Assembly: GCA_022824205.1 (NCBI GenBank)
Contig: JAJEAI010000005.1
Coordinates: 2,632-66,631, forward strand
Reading direction: 5' to 3'
Length of the DNA: 64,000 nt
Source of the DNA: Candidatus Binatia bacterium
GTDB taxonomy: Bacteria > Desulfobacterota > Binatia > UBA9968 > JAJDTQ01
Both the position numbers and the translations under genes were made by a program. The notes under the pieces are model-generated. The model was not told where the DNA came from. It saw nothing but the letters and a program-made list of their open reading frames with translations, and searched no databases. The number at the start of each line of letters is the position of its first letter. The first letter of the stretch is position 1. This document shows, piece by piece, positions 37,688 through 46,467 of the stretch.

Positions 37688-37848
37688 CGTCCTTCGACTT
37701 CGCTCCGCTGACGCGGAGCTACGCTCAGGACGAACGGAATGGATTTTTTTGTTCTTAGTCCTGCCAAAGAATTCGGAACGAACACGGCAATCCCCCAACC
37801 GTTCGTCCTGAGCGTAGCTCCGCGTCAGCGGAGCGAAGTCGAAGGACG
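37688..37848. repeat. family 2 element: perfect 50-bp inverted repeat with 61-bp spacer
   Basis: The left arm 37688-37737 (cgtccttcgacttcgctccgctgacgcggagctacgctcaggacgaacgg) is the exact reverse complement of 37799-37848. Each arm also holds an internal GCTCCGC-tgac-GCGGAGC hairpin. Confidence 0.9.
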
Positions 37849-37857
37849 CCGTTTCCG

Positions 37858-38904
37858 CTACTCCGGCCGCACCAGCAGCACCCGGTCGGCGGGCAGCTCC
37901 AGCGGCAGGCGCTCCCAGGACTCGCCCTCGTCCTCGGAGACCAGGACGTCGCCCTTGCCCTTCTGGCCGGCGTCGCTGGAACGGCCGCGGGAAACGGCGC
38001 CGAGGCCGGCGTAGACGCGCCGCGGGTCCTCGGGATGCTGGGTCAGCGCCCATACCATCTGCAGCATGTGGTCGGGCAGCCCGCGGTCGACGCCCACCCG
38101 TTCCCAGCTTTCGGCCAGGTCGCGGCTGCGGAAGAGCGCGCCCTGGGCCTTCTCGGGACGGTCCCAGTAGCCCGGCGACTTGTCCGCGGTGGCCACCAGC
38201 ACCACCGGAGGGTCTCCCGGCAGGAAGACGAAGTCATGGAAGTAGTCGCGGGTCATACCGTATTCCGCGCGCTGCCAACCCGCGCCGGGATCGGCGCTGC
38301 GGAAGAAGCCCTGGGCCGTGGCCACGAACATGGGCCCCGCTCCCGCGGGGGTCGTGCTGATGTGGTGGATGTCCAGATAGTCGATGCCGCCGCTCACGTC
38401 CTCGAAGGACGCGCCGCGGTCGAAGGTGCGCACGATACCGCCGTGTTCGAGACAGACATAGAGGGTCCGGGGATCGTCGGCGGAGACGAAGATGTGGCGG
38501 ACGTGCTCGCGGTGCGGCGGGCGCGGGTAGGTCCACTTGGCGCGCACTTCGGACGGCATGTCCTGCAACGCCGACAGCTCTTCCCAGGTTCCGCCGCCGT
38601 CCTCGCTGCGGAACAGGTGGATGGGCTCGGTGCCGGCGTAGACTACGTCCGGGTCGGTGGGATCGACCGTCACGGCGCGCACGTTGCCGGAGAAGACGGT
38701 GCGCCAGCGTTGCCCGCCGTCGTCGCTGCGGCACAGCCCCTCGTCCGCGACGCTGGCGTACACGGTCCCGGGCCGTTGCGCAGGGCCGTCGATGGCGTCC
38801 ACCGTGCCGGGTGGAAGCGCCACGTCCAGCTCCCCCCAACCGCGCCCCCGGTTGCGCCACACCTGCAAGCCTTCCTGCGTTCCCGCCAGTATGCGTTCGG
38901 TCAT
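37858..38904 (-). CDS. BNR/Asp-box repeat (sialidase-like beta-propeller) protein
   Basis: Asp-box motifs SDDGGQRW, SEDGGGTW and SEDEGESW. Confidence 0.7.
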   Translation of the reverse strand: MTERILAGTQEGLQVWRNRGRGWGELDVALPPGTVDAIDGPAQRPGTVYASVADEGLCRSDDGGQRWRTVFSGNVRAVTVDPTDPDVVYAGTEPIHLFRSEDGGGTWEELSALQDMPSEVRAKWTYPRPPHREHVRHIFVSADDPRTLYVCLEHGGIVRTFDRGASFEDVSGGIDYLDIHHISTTPAGAGPMFVATAQGFFRSADPGAGWQRAEYGMTRDYFHDFVFLPGDPPVVLVATADKSPGYWDRPEKAQGALFRSRDLAESWERVGVDRGLPDHMLQMVWALTQHPEDPRRVYAGLGAVSRGRSSDAGQKGKGDVLVSEDEGESWERLPLELPADRVLLVRPE

Positions 38905-38984
38905 CGCCGTACCTCCCGACTCGTGCCTTGCTCAGCCAACCCGCGACCCCGCCACCACACCGATTGGAATAGCACCAAAATCCC

Positions 38985-39270
38985 CGACCGTCATTCCCGC
39001 GGAAACAGGCTGCGTCAAGGCTCTGCTCGGACACGGAATGGCACCACCCCCCGAAACGTCATTGAAATGAACCCTGCTACACCCCGATGAGTCATTCCCG
39101 CGGAAGCGGGAATCCAGGCGGGGTGGGACCGGGCAAAGAGGCCGCCACACCCCCCACCCCTGAATTCCCGCTTGCGCGGGAATGACTCATTGGGGGGGCG
39201 CCCATTTTCATCCCCCCTTTGTGTCGGCTGCAAGCCGATATGGGTGATTCCCCTTTCGCGGGAATGACGT
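38985..39270. repeat. family 1 composite REP-like element (largest copy)
   Basis: cgtcattcccgcggaaacaggctgcgtcaa... gagtcattcccgcggaagcgggaatccaggcggggtggg ... cccctgaattcccgcttgcgcgggaatgactcattggggg ... tgtgtcggctgcaagccgatatgggtgattcccctttcgcgggaatgacg. Confidence 0.85.
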
Positions 39271-39308
39271 TTCGGCGAGTTGTTGCGTCTCCAAAACGGC
39301 AAGCGGCG

Positions 39309-39776
39309 TCATTGCCCTTTCGCGGCCAGGTCTTCGATGGCGGCCATCACTTCGACGTAGGTGCCGCAACGGCAGATGTTGCCCGACAGGTAGTCGCGCA
39401 CTTCGACCTGGTCGGGCTTGGGGTTCTCGTTCAGGAGGCCCTTGACGGCCATGATCATGCCGGGTGTGCAGAAACCGCACTGGAAGGCCTGATGGTCCAG
39501 GAACGCTTGCTGCACGGGATCGAGGTTGCCGTCCCGGCTGAGACCCTCGATGGTGAGCACGTCGCGTCCCTCGGCGTTGCTGGCGAGCATCAGGCACGAG
39601 CTGACGGGCTTGCCGTCCACCAGCACGGTGCAGGAGCCGCACACGCCCACGCTGCAACCCTCGTGGGTTCCCTTGAGCCGCAGGTCGTCGCGCAGCACGT
39701 CCAGCAGGGTCTGGTTGGACTTGACCGAAAGCTCGCGTTCGCGTCCGTTCACGGTGGCGGTGATGAGGTGTCGCAT
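39309..39776 (-). CDS. (2Fe-2S)-binding small subunit (CoxS-like)
   Basis: MRHLITATVNGRERELS...GCSVGVCGSCTV...QCGFCTPGM...NICRCGTY. Confidence 0.9.
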   Translation of the reverse strand: MRHLITATVNGRERELSVKSNQTLLDVLRDDLRLKGTHEGCSVGVCGSCTVLVDGKPVSSCLMLASNAEGRDVLTIEGLSRDGNLDPVQQAFLDHQAFQCGFCTPGMIMAVKGLLNENPKPDQVEVRDYLSGNICRCGTYVEVMAAIEDLAAKGQ

Positions 39777-39796
39777 GGCCCCCTCTCGCTCTCTTT

Positions 39797-42127
39797 CTAC
39801 TTGTCCCGGGATGCGCCGGCTGCGCGCTCGGCCAGCGCCGCCACGATGCGCTCCGGGCGGAGCGGCAGTTCGGTGATGTTGACGCCGCCCAAGGCGTTGG
39901 CCACGGCGTTGCCGATGGCCGGGGCCACCGCCGGGATCACCGCCTCGCCCGCTCCCTTGGCACCGAACGGGCCGTCCGGGTGCGGCGTCTCCACCAGCAG
40001 CGACTGGAAGCGCTCCGGATGGTCCTCCATGGAGGGCAGCATGTACTCCAGCAGGGTGCCGTTCACCGGCTGCCCCTGCTCGAACACCATCTCCTCGAAG
40101 AACGCCGCCCCGAGCGCCTCCAGCATGGAGCCCTCGTTCTGGAGCCAGCACTGGAGCGGGTTGATGGCCTTGCCCACGTCCACCGAGGTGGCGATGTCGA
40201 GGACGCGCACCTTGCCGGTTTCCGCGTCCACCTCCACCTCCGCGGCGCACGCCGCGAAGAACCAGAACGCCGCGGCCTTGCCCTTGCCGGTCTTGGGATC
40301 GAGCCCGCCCTTGACCTGGAAGTTGCAGCTCCCGAAGATGCTGCCGACGGCATCGCCGTACTTGACCCGCAGAAGCTGCGGGATCGTGAGGCTCCGGTCG
40401 GGCACGCCACGGACGCTCACCCCGGTGGCGGCGAGCTCGAGATCCGCCTTGTCCACCTCCAGCGCCCGGGCGCCGGCCTCCAGGAGCTGGTCGCGCACCT
40501 CTTCGGCCGCTCGCAGCGCGGCGTTGCCCATGTGGAAGGTGGTGCGGCTGGAGCTGGTGGACTTGTCGTAGGGCGTCACGTCGGTGTCCGGCGCGGACAC
40601 CGTGACCCGCTCCACCGGAAAGCCCAGACCTTCGGCGACGATCTGCGCAAGACAGGTGCGTACCCCCTGACCCATCTCCGTGCTGCTGGTGAGGAGCATC
40701 ACCGAGCCGTCGCCGTTCAAGCGCACGCTGGCGGCCGAGGCCGTAGGCGTGGTGGTGCTCTTCATGATCACCGCGAGGCCCTTGCCGCGCCGCAGCGAGC
40801 CTTCGGTGGCGCCGTCCGCCTGCTCCTCCCGGCCGCGCCAGCCGATGCCCGCCGCCGCCTGCCGCAGACAGTCGGATATGCCTACCGACACCAGCGACTC
40901 GCCGGTGACGAAGATGTCGCCTTCCTGCAGAAGGTTCTTGAGCCGCAGCTCCAACGGGTCCATGCGGAGGTGCCGGGCGATGCGGTCCATCTCCGACTCG
41001 TAGGCCCAGGCCACGTGGGGCACGCCCACGCCGCGGTAAGGTCCCGCCGGCGGCAGGTTGGTGTACACGGCATAGGTGGTCAGCCGGCGGTTGGGCACCC
41101 GGTACGGCCCGCTGGCCACGTAGGAACCGGTCTTGGCGTTGGCCGGCCCGGACAGGGCATAGGCGCCGAGATCGTAGAAGACCTCCACCTCCCGCGCCAC
41201 CAGGCTGCCGTCGCGCTTGAAGCCGGTCTTCATGCGCACGAAGCCGCCGTAGCGCCGCCCGGTGAGGAACACCTCCTCGCGCGTCAGCACCCACTGCACC
41301 GGCCGCCCGGCCTTGCGCGCCAGCAGCGCCGTCACCGGCTCCAGCCGGGCATGGGTCTTGCCGCCGTATCCGCCGCCCACGTGCGGCACCACCACGCGGA
41401 CGCCGCTCTCGGGCAGGTTGAAGATCCGCGCAAGCTGCTCCTGGAGCCCCACCGCGTTCTGGCACGGGGTATGCACCACCAGCCGGTTGGGCGACTCCCA
41501 CACCGCCGTGGCCACGTGGGGCTCGATGTGGCCGTGCTGCACGGGGGGCATGCGGTAGGTGTTCTCGAAGATCCCGTCGGCCTCGGCGAAGCCCGCGTCC
41601 ACGTCGCCGTCCCCGGCCCGGAACACGCTGCACACGTTGCCGCCGGCATTGAGGTTGAGCTGCTCCCGGAAGATGGCCGCCTGGGTCTCGAAACGCTCCT
41701 CGTGGATGATGGGTGCCTCGGGCGCGGCCGCCTCCACCACATCGAAGACGGCGGGCAGAGGCTCGTATTCCACCTCGATGAGCTCCACCGCTTCTTCCGC
41801 GATCTCGCGCTCCTCGGCCGCCACCGCCGCCACGACGTCACCGACGCAGCGCACCCGCTCCATGGCCAGCACCGGCTGGTCCTCCACAACGGCGCCGTAA
41901 TAGGGGTTCAGGCCCTCGAGGTCGTCGCGGGTCACCACGGCGATGACACCGGGCAGCGCCGCGGCCTTGCTCACGTCGACGCTCACGAGCTTCGCGTGCG
42001 GGTGCGGACTGCGCAGCGCCTTGGCATGCAGCATCCCCGGCAGCTCGATGTCGGCGGTGTACTGGGCGGAGCCGGAGACCTTGGCGTTGCCGTCCACCCG
42101 CGGAACGTCGCTCCCGACGGCGCTCAC
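39797..42127 (-). CDS. molybdopterin-binding large subunit, xanthine dehydrogenase family
   Basis: The GTG at 42127 overlaps the upstream stop (GTGA). VSAVGSDVPRVDGNAKVSGSAQYTADIELPGMLHA; 776 aa. The loop reads PPAGPYRGVGVPH. Confidence 0.9.
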   Translation of the reverse strand: MSAVGSDVPRVDGNAKVSGSAQYTADIELPGMLHAKALRSPHPHAKLVSVDVSKAAALPGVIAVVTRDDLEGLNPYYGAVVEDQPVLAMERVRCVGDVVAAVAAEEREIAEEAVELIEVEYEPLPAVFDVVEAAAPEAPIIHEERFETQAAIFREQLNLNAGGNVCSVFRAGDGDVDAGFAEADGIFENTYRMPPVQHGHIEPHVATAVWESPNRLVVHTPCQNAVGLQEQLARIFNLPESGVRVVVPHVGGGYGGKTHARLEPVTALLARKAGRPVQWVLTREEVFLTGRRYGGFVRMKTGFKRDGSLVAREVEVFYDLGAYALSGPANAKTGSYVASGPYRVPNRRLTTYAVYTNLPPAGPYRGVGVPHVAWAYESEMDRIARHLRMDPLELRLKNLLQEGDIFVTGESLVSVGISDCLRQAAAGIGWRGREEQADGATEGSLRRGKGLAVIMKSTTTPTASAASVRLNGDGSVMLLTSSTEMGQGVRTCLAQIVAEGLGFPVERVTVSAPDTDVTPYDKSTSSSRTTFHMGNAALRAAEEVRDQLLEAGARALEVDKADLELAATGVSVRGVPDRSLTIPQLLRVKYGDAVGSIFGSCNFQVKGGLDPKTGKGKAAAFWFFAACAAEVEVDAETGKVRVLDIATSVDVGKAINPLQCWLQNEGSMLEALGAAFFEEMVFEQGQPVNGTLLEYMLPSMEDHPERFQSLLVETPHPDGPFGAKGAGEAVIPAVAPAIGNAVANALGGVNITELPLRPERIVAALAERAAGASRDK

Positions 42128-42966
42128 GGGCAGGCCTCCTTCCACGCCGCGGCCAGGGCGCGGCACCCCAGCACCCGCACCAGGTGCCGCTTGTACTCGG
42201 CCGAGCCGCGCAGGTCCGGGATCGCATCCATCTCGTCGGCGGCGTGTTCGGCCATCCGTTGCAGCGCCCCTTCGGTGGGATCCGTCTCGCACAGCAACAG
42301 CGGCCGGGCCGCCACCGCCCCCACCGCGAGCCTCGCCTCCACCGGACGGTCATCCTCCAGCCGCACGAGCGCGGTGATTCCCGCGCACGGGCGCTCCTCC
42401 GACGAGCCCGTGGTGAACTTGAGGTAGTCGCCCACCAACCGGCCCCGCACCGGCGGAACCGTCACGGCCGTCACCATCTCCCCGGTTTCCAGCGCCGTCT
42501 CGTAGGTGCCCAGGAGGAAGTCCGTGACCTTCATGGCACGCGTGCCCCGGGTTCCGCTCAGTTCCACCTCGGCGTCGAGCGCCACCAGCACCCCCGGCGG
42601 GTCCGACTGGTGATCCCCGTGGGCCAGGTTGCCGCCGATGGTGGCCAAGTGGCGGATGCGGATGTTCGCCACCTGGTGGCAGGCCGCCGCCAGCACCGGC
42701 AGATGCTCCCGCACCACCGGCGAGGTCTCCACCTCGTGGATCGTCGCCATGGCCTCGATACGGACCGCCCCGGCGCCGTCCCGCGTGATGGCGTTGGTGC
42801 CTTCCAGCTTCTTGAGATTGACCAGGACTTGAGGGCGCAGAAGCCCCTGTTTCACGAGGATAAGGAGGGCGGTCCCGCCGCTGACCGGGCGCACGTCCTC
42901 GCCCGCGTCCAGCATCCGGCAGGCTTCGTCGACGGTCTTGGGTTCGAGGAGGTCGAAGTTGCGCAT
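42124..42966 (-). CDS. xanthine dehydrogenase/CoxM-family FAD-binding subunit
   Basis: MRNFDLLEPKTVDEACRML...VSGGTALLILVKQG...ATIGGNLAHGD. Confidence 0.9.
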   Translation of the reverse strand: MRNFDLLEPKTVDEACRMLDAGEDVRPVSGGTALLILVKQGLLRPQVLVNLKKLEGTNAITRDGAGAVRIEAMATIHEVETSPVVREHLPVLAAACHQVANIRIRHLATIGGNLAHGDHQSDPPGVLVALDAEVELSGTRGTRAMKVTDFLLGTYETALETGEMVTAVTVPPVRGRLVGDYLKFTTGSSEERPCAGITALVRLEDDRPVEARLAVGAVAARPLLLCETDPTEGALQRMAEHAADEMDAIPDLRGSAEYKRHLVRVLGCRALAAAWKEACP

Positions 42967-43171
42967 GGTTCGTACTCTTCAGCGTTCGTCGAGCGGTGCC
43001 GTGTGGCTCGATACAACGGCGTCCTGCTCACACACGGACGCCTACCAATGTTGGCCCGACTTGGCAACCCGCGTGACGGATGCTCTCAAGGCGATCGTCT
43101 GTTGACAAAAACAACATCTGTACATTCTTGGAGTTTTGTGTCAATGTGATGTATCCACGTGGAAGGATGTC

Positions 43172-43438
43172 ATGATGAGCCGCTTGTCCATAGAGTTGAG
43201 CCCGGAACAGCATCAGCAACTGAAAGCCATCGCCGCCCTGCACGGCCAGACGCTCAAGGACTACATCCTTGAACGAACGTTGCCCGATTTGCCGCAAACG
43301 GAGTCCTTGTCGGAAGAGGAAACCCTGCGCCGGCTGGAAGCGTTTCTGGAGCCCCGGATAGCTGAAGCGGAGCGCGGAGAGGTCATCGAGGAGTCCGTGG
43401 AGCAGGTATTCTCTTCCGTCCGACGTCATGACCCGTAG
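43172..43438 (+). CDS. parD: ribbon-helix-helix antitoxin (ParD/CopG-like)
   Basis: MMSRLSIELSPEQHQQLKAIAALHGQTLKDYILERTL is an RHH N-terminus. GGAAGGA RBS. It ends 2 nt before the toxin gene. Confidence 0.7.
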   Translation: MMSRLSIELSPEQHQQLKAIAALHGQTLKDYILERTLPDLPQTESLSEEETLRRLEAFLEPRIAEAERGEVIEESVEQVFSSVRRHDP

Positions 43439-43440
43439 GC

Positions 43441-43752
43441 ATGTTGCCCTATGAACTGACCCCATCCGCGGCTTCGGACCTGCGCGACATTGCCCGTCAC
43501 ACCCTTACGCGGTGGGGGCGGCGCCAGCAGCAACGCTACGCGCGCCAACTGGAAGGCTGTTGCCAAGCGATCGGCGACGGCACGACCGTATCCCGGACGT
43601 TCTCTCAACGCCATCCATCGGTGTACGTCATGCGTTGCCAACACCACTACATCTTCTACCTCACCCCCGCCGGTGAAAAACCCGTCATAATCGCCTTCCT
43701 GCACGAACGTATGGACTTGACGGCGCGCCTCCAAGGCCGCCTGACCTCATAA
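43441..43752 (+). CDS. parE: ParE/RelE-superfamily toxin
   Basis: LTPSAASDLRDIARHTLTRWGRRQQQRYARQLEGCCQAI...HHYIFYL...VIIAFLHERMD, a ParE-typical pattern. Confidence 0.75.
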   Translation: MLPYELTPSAASDLRDIARHTLTRWGRRQQQRYARQLEGCCQAIGDGTTVSRTFSQRHPSVYVMRCQHHYIFYLTPAGEKPVIIAFLHERMDLTARLQGRLTS

Positions 43753-43785
43753 GCCTGCCGCTGCCGGGCACCTTAAGCGCGGTTG

Positions 43786-44958
43786 TCACACAACATCCTC
43801 CCGCTGCCGGCGGAACAACCCCGCCACGCCTCCGCCGATGGCGAACGAAATCACCCCCAGCGCCACGAAGCCCCAGTGGAATCCCAGGTCCGCCACGAGG
43901 ATGCCGGCGAGGAGAGGGCCGATCATGCGGCCGATGGAGGTGCCGCCGCGGATGAGGCCCAGAGCGACGCCCTTGCTGGAGTCGTCGGCGACCTGCAGTG
44001 CCAGGGTGGTGGAGCCCACGTTGGAGAGGCCGAAGCCGGCGGTCATCAGGCACAGGGGCAGCACCAGCGCGATGTAGCTCTGGCCGAAGATCTGCAGGAC
44101 GAAGGCGGGCACGGTGACGAAAACGCCCAGGAGAATCACCGTGCGGGTGCCGGCGCGGTCGCACAGCCAGCCGCCGGTGAGCCGGCCGGCGGTGTCGGCC
44201 AGGCGCGAGATGCTGACCATGGTGCCGATGATGTCGAGGGTGAGGCCCCGGCGCGCCGCCAGGAACGGGAAGGCGATGCGGGTCACGCCGATAAGGCAGA
44301 GGAACGACTGGAAGATGGCGAGGCAGGCGCCGAGAAAAGCCGGCTGGGCCAGGAGCCCCTTGCCCACGCGCCACAGGGGCATCGAGCCGCGCTCCACGGG
44401 TTTCTCGGTCCGGTGTCCCCGAGCCAGCAGGAGGAAGACCAGCCCCAGGCTCTGGGGCACCGCCACGACCAGGAAGAGCTTGTCGAGACCCCACCATTCG
44501 CCCACGAACCCGCCCATGGTGGGTCCCAGCGCGAAGCCCAGGCCCAGGGCGGCGGCCACCTGCCCCTGCGCCCTGCCCTGCTGCTCGGGCGTGGACTGCA
44601 CGAACACGATGCGGCGGATGGCGAGGCTGAACATGGCCTCGGTGAGTCCGATGATGGCGAAGGCCAACAAGAACACCGCCAGGCTCTCCTGGAAGGCGTA
44701 GCCCACCAGGCTCGTGACGACGGCCACGAGCACCGAGCCCAGCAAGAGGAAGCTCGAGCGGAAATAGGACGCCAGCGTGCCGGACAACACGTCCGAGCAC
44801 AGCGCGCCGACTCCGTTGACCACCAGCGGCATGCCCACCACCGACACGGGGAATCCCTTGGCGTGCATGTAGAACGGCGCCAACATGGCGCTGCCGATGG
44901 CGCCCGAGGCCATGCAGATGGACGCCAGCGAGTACAACAGGTTGGAGAAGATTCCCAT
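43786..44958 (-). CDS. MFS transporter
   Basis: 390 aa with a 12-TM pattern. Confidence 0.8.
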   Translation of the reverse strand: MGIFSNLLYSLASICMASGAIGSAMLAPFYMHAKGFPVSVVGMPLVVNGVGALCSDVLSGTLASYFRSSFLLLGSVLVAVVTSLVGYAFQESLAVFLLAFAIIGLTEAMFSLAIRRIVFVQSTPEQQGRAQGQVAAALGLGFALGPTMGGFVGEWWGLDKLFLVVAVPQSLGLVFLLLARGHRTEKPVERGSMPLWRVGKGLLAQPAFLGACLAIFQSFLCLIGVTRIAFPFLAARRGLTLDIIGTMVSISRLADTAGRLTGGWLCDRAGTRTVILLGVFVTVPAFVLQIFGQSYIALVLPLCLMTAGFGLSNVGSTTLALQVADDSSKGVALGLIRGGTSIGRMIGPLLAGILVADLGFHWGFVALGVISFAIGGGVAGLFRRQREDVV

Positions 44959-44978
44959 TCGCGTACGGCCTCATCCGG

Positions 44979-46427
44979 TCAGTCGCGATGACGCGTGGGG
45001 ATGAACGAGTGGTGGCTGACCACGGTCTCGCGCATGGCGTGCAGGTCCCCGATTCGCGCGCGCCTCAGGAGCACGAGACCCAGCGCCAGAAGCGGCAACG
45101 GCAACAACACGAGCGCGGCGACGCGCTGCGCCGGCACGTACGCACCCGGGTGCCCCGCCACCATGCCTTCCATGATGGCTACGACCACGCCGATGCCCAG
45201 TGCCCCCGCGCCGGGGCCGCAGGCGGAGAGCAGGCCGCCGGCGACGCCGTAGTGCTCTCGCGGCGAGAGATAGAAGACGGTTTTCTGGTTCGCGGGCAGG
45301 ACAAGGCCGATGCCGGCTCCCACGCACGCCATCGCGAGCAGCACGCTGGTGGGGCTCGATCCTTCGTCCAGGCCGGCGAAAAGAAAAATCCCGGCCGCGG
45401 CCGATGCCTGCCCTGCCGCCACCAGCAGCGCGGGCTCCATACGGTCGGCCAGCCGCCCGCTCACGGGCGAACAGGCGGCCGCGGTCACCGGCAGCGCCGT
45501 GAGGATGAGCCCGAGAGACAACGGCGCCACGTCCAGCACGTTTTGCAGGTACAGGGGGGTCAGCATCAGGATGGGGAAATAGGCGGCGGAGATCAGGATC
45601 ATGGTCACGAACGAGATGGTCAGCGGCAACTCCGTCATGAGGGGCAACGGCACCAGCGGGCGCCGGCCGCGCGCCTCCCGCACCACGAAAACCACCAAGG
45701 CCACCGCACCCAGCAGGAACCACCACGGGACCAACGGCGAGCCCCAGCCGCTGTTGACGCCCAGGCTCAAGCCCACCAGCAGCGACGGATAGCCCAGGAT
45801 CAGGACCGCGGCGCCCAGGAAGTCGAAAGGCTCGCCGCTCCGGTGCTCGGGGCCCCGGAGCATGAGCCACACGGCGATGCCCACCGCCAGACCGATCAGC
45901 GCGTTGGCCAGGAATACCGCGCGCCAACCCGCCAGATGGAGAAAGAAGCCCCCCAGGGCCGGCCCGGTGGCGCGCCCGATGCCCGCCGACGAGAGCAGGA
46001 TGCCCAGGCTCAACCCGGTCCGTCCCGGACGCGCCACCGCGGCCGTGATGGCCGTCGACATGGGCATGGCCATCGCCAGACCCACGGTCATCACCACCCG
46101 GCACGCCACCAGTTGCGGGAACGTCTGCGCGGCGGCGGCCAGCGCCGAGCCCAACCCGTAGAGGGTCACGCCGATCTTGTAGAGCGGGTTGCGGCCCAGG
46201 ATGTCGCCCGCGCGCCCCAGGCACAGCGCAAGGCTGGAGGACAGGACGAGACCCATGGTGGCGATCCACTGGACGGCCGACAGGCTGGCGCCGAAATCGG
46301 CCTGGATCATGGGGACGGCGACGTTGATGCTACCGTAGCTGTTGAAGAACAGGAAGTTGCCCGCGGACAGGACGCTGAGCACCCGGATCTCACGAGCCCG
46401 GGCTTGCCGCATGAGATGTGTAGGCAC
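44979..46427 (-). CDS. MFS transporter, DHA2/EmrB-like (14 TM)
   Basis: 482 aa. GRAGDILGRNPLY loop motif and a 14-helix layout. Confidence 0.8.
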   Translation of the reverse strand: MPTHLMRQARAREIRVLSVLSAGNFLFFNSYGSINVAVPMIQADFGASLSAVQWIATMGLVLSSSLALCLGRAGDILGRNPLYKIGVTLYGLGSALAAAAQTFPQLVACRVVMTVGLAMAMPMSTAITAAVARPGRTGLSLGILLSSAGIGRATGPALGGFFLHLAGWRAVFLANALIGLAVGIAVWLMLRGPEHRSGEPFDFLGAAVLILGYPSLLVGLSLGVNSGWGSPLVPWWFLLGAVALVVFVVREARGRRPLVPLPLMTELPLTISFVTMILISAAYFPILMLTPLYLQNVLDVAPLSLGLILTALPVTAAACSPVSGRLADRMEPALLVAAGQASAAAGIFLFAGLDEGSSPTSVLLAMACVGAGIGLVLPANQKTVFYLSPREHYGVAGGLLSACGPGAGALGIGVVVAIMEGMVAGHPGAYVPAQRVAALVLLPLPLLALGLVLLRRARIGDLHAMRETVVSHHSFIPTRHRD

Positions 46428-46467
46428 GAATGGTCCTCGTCGCGCGGGGCCCCTGCCGGCCCGGACG

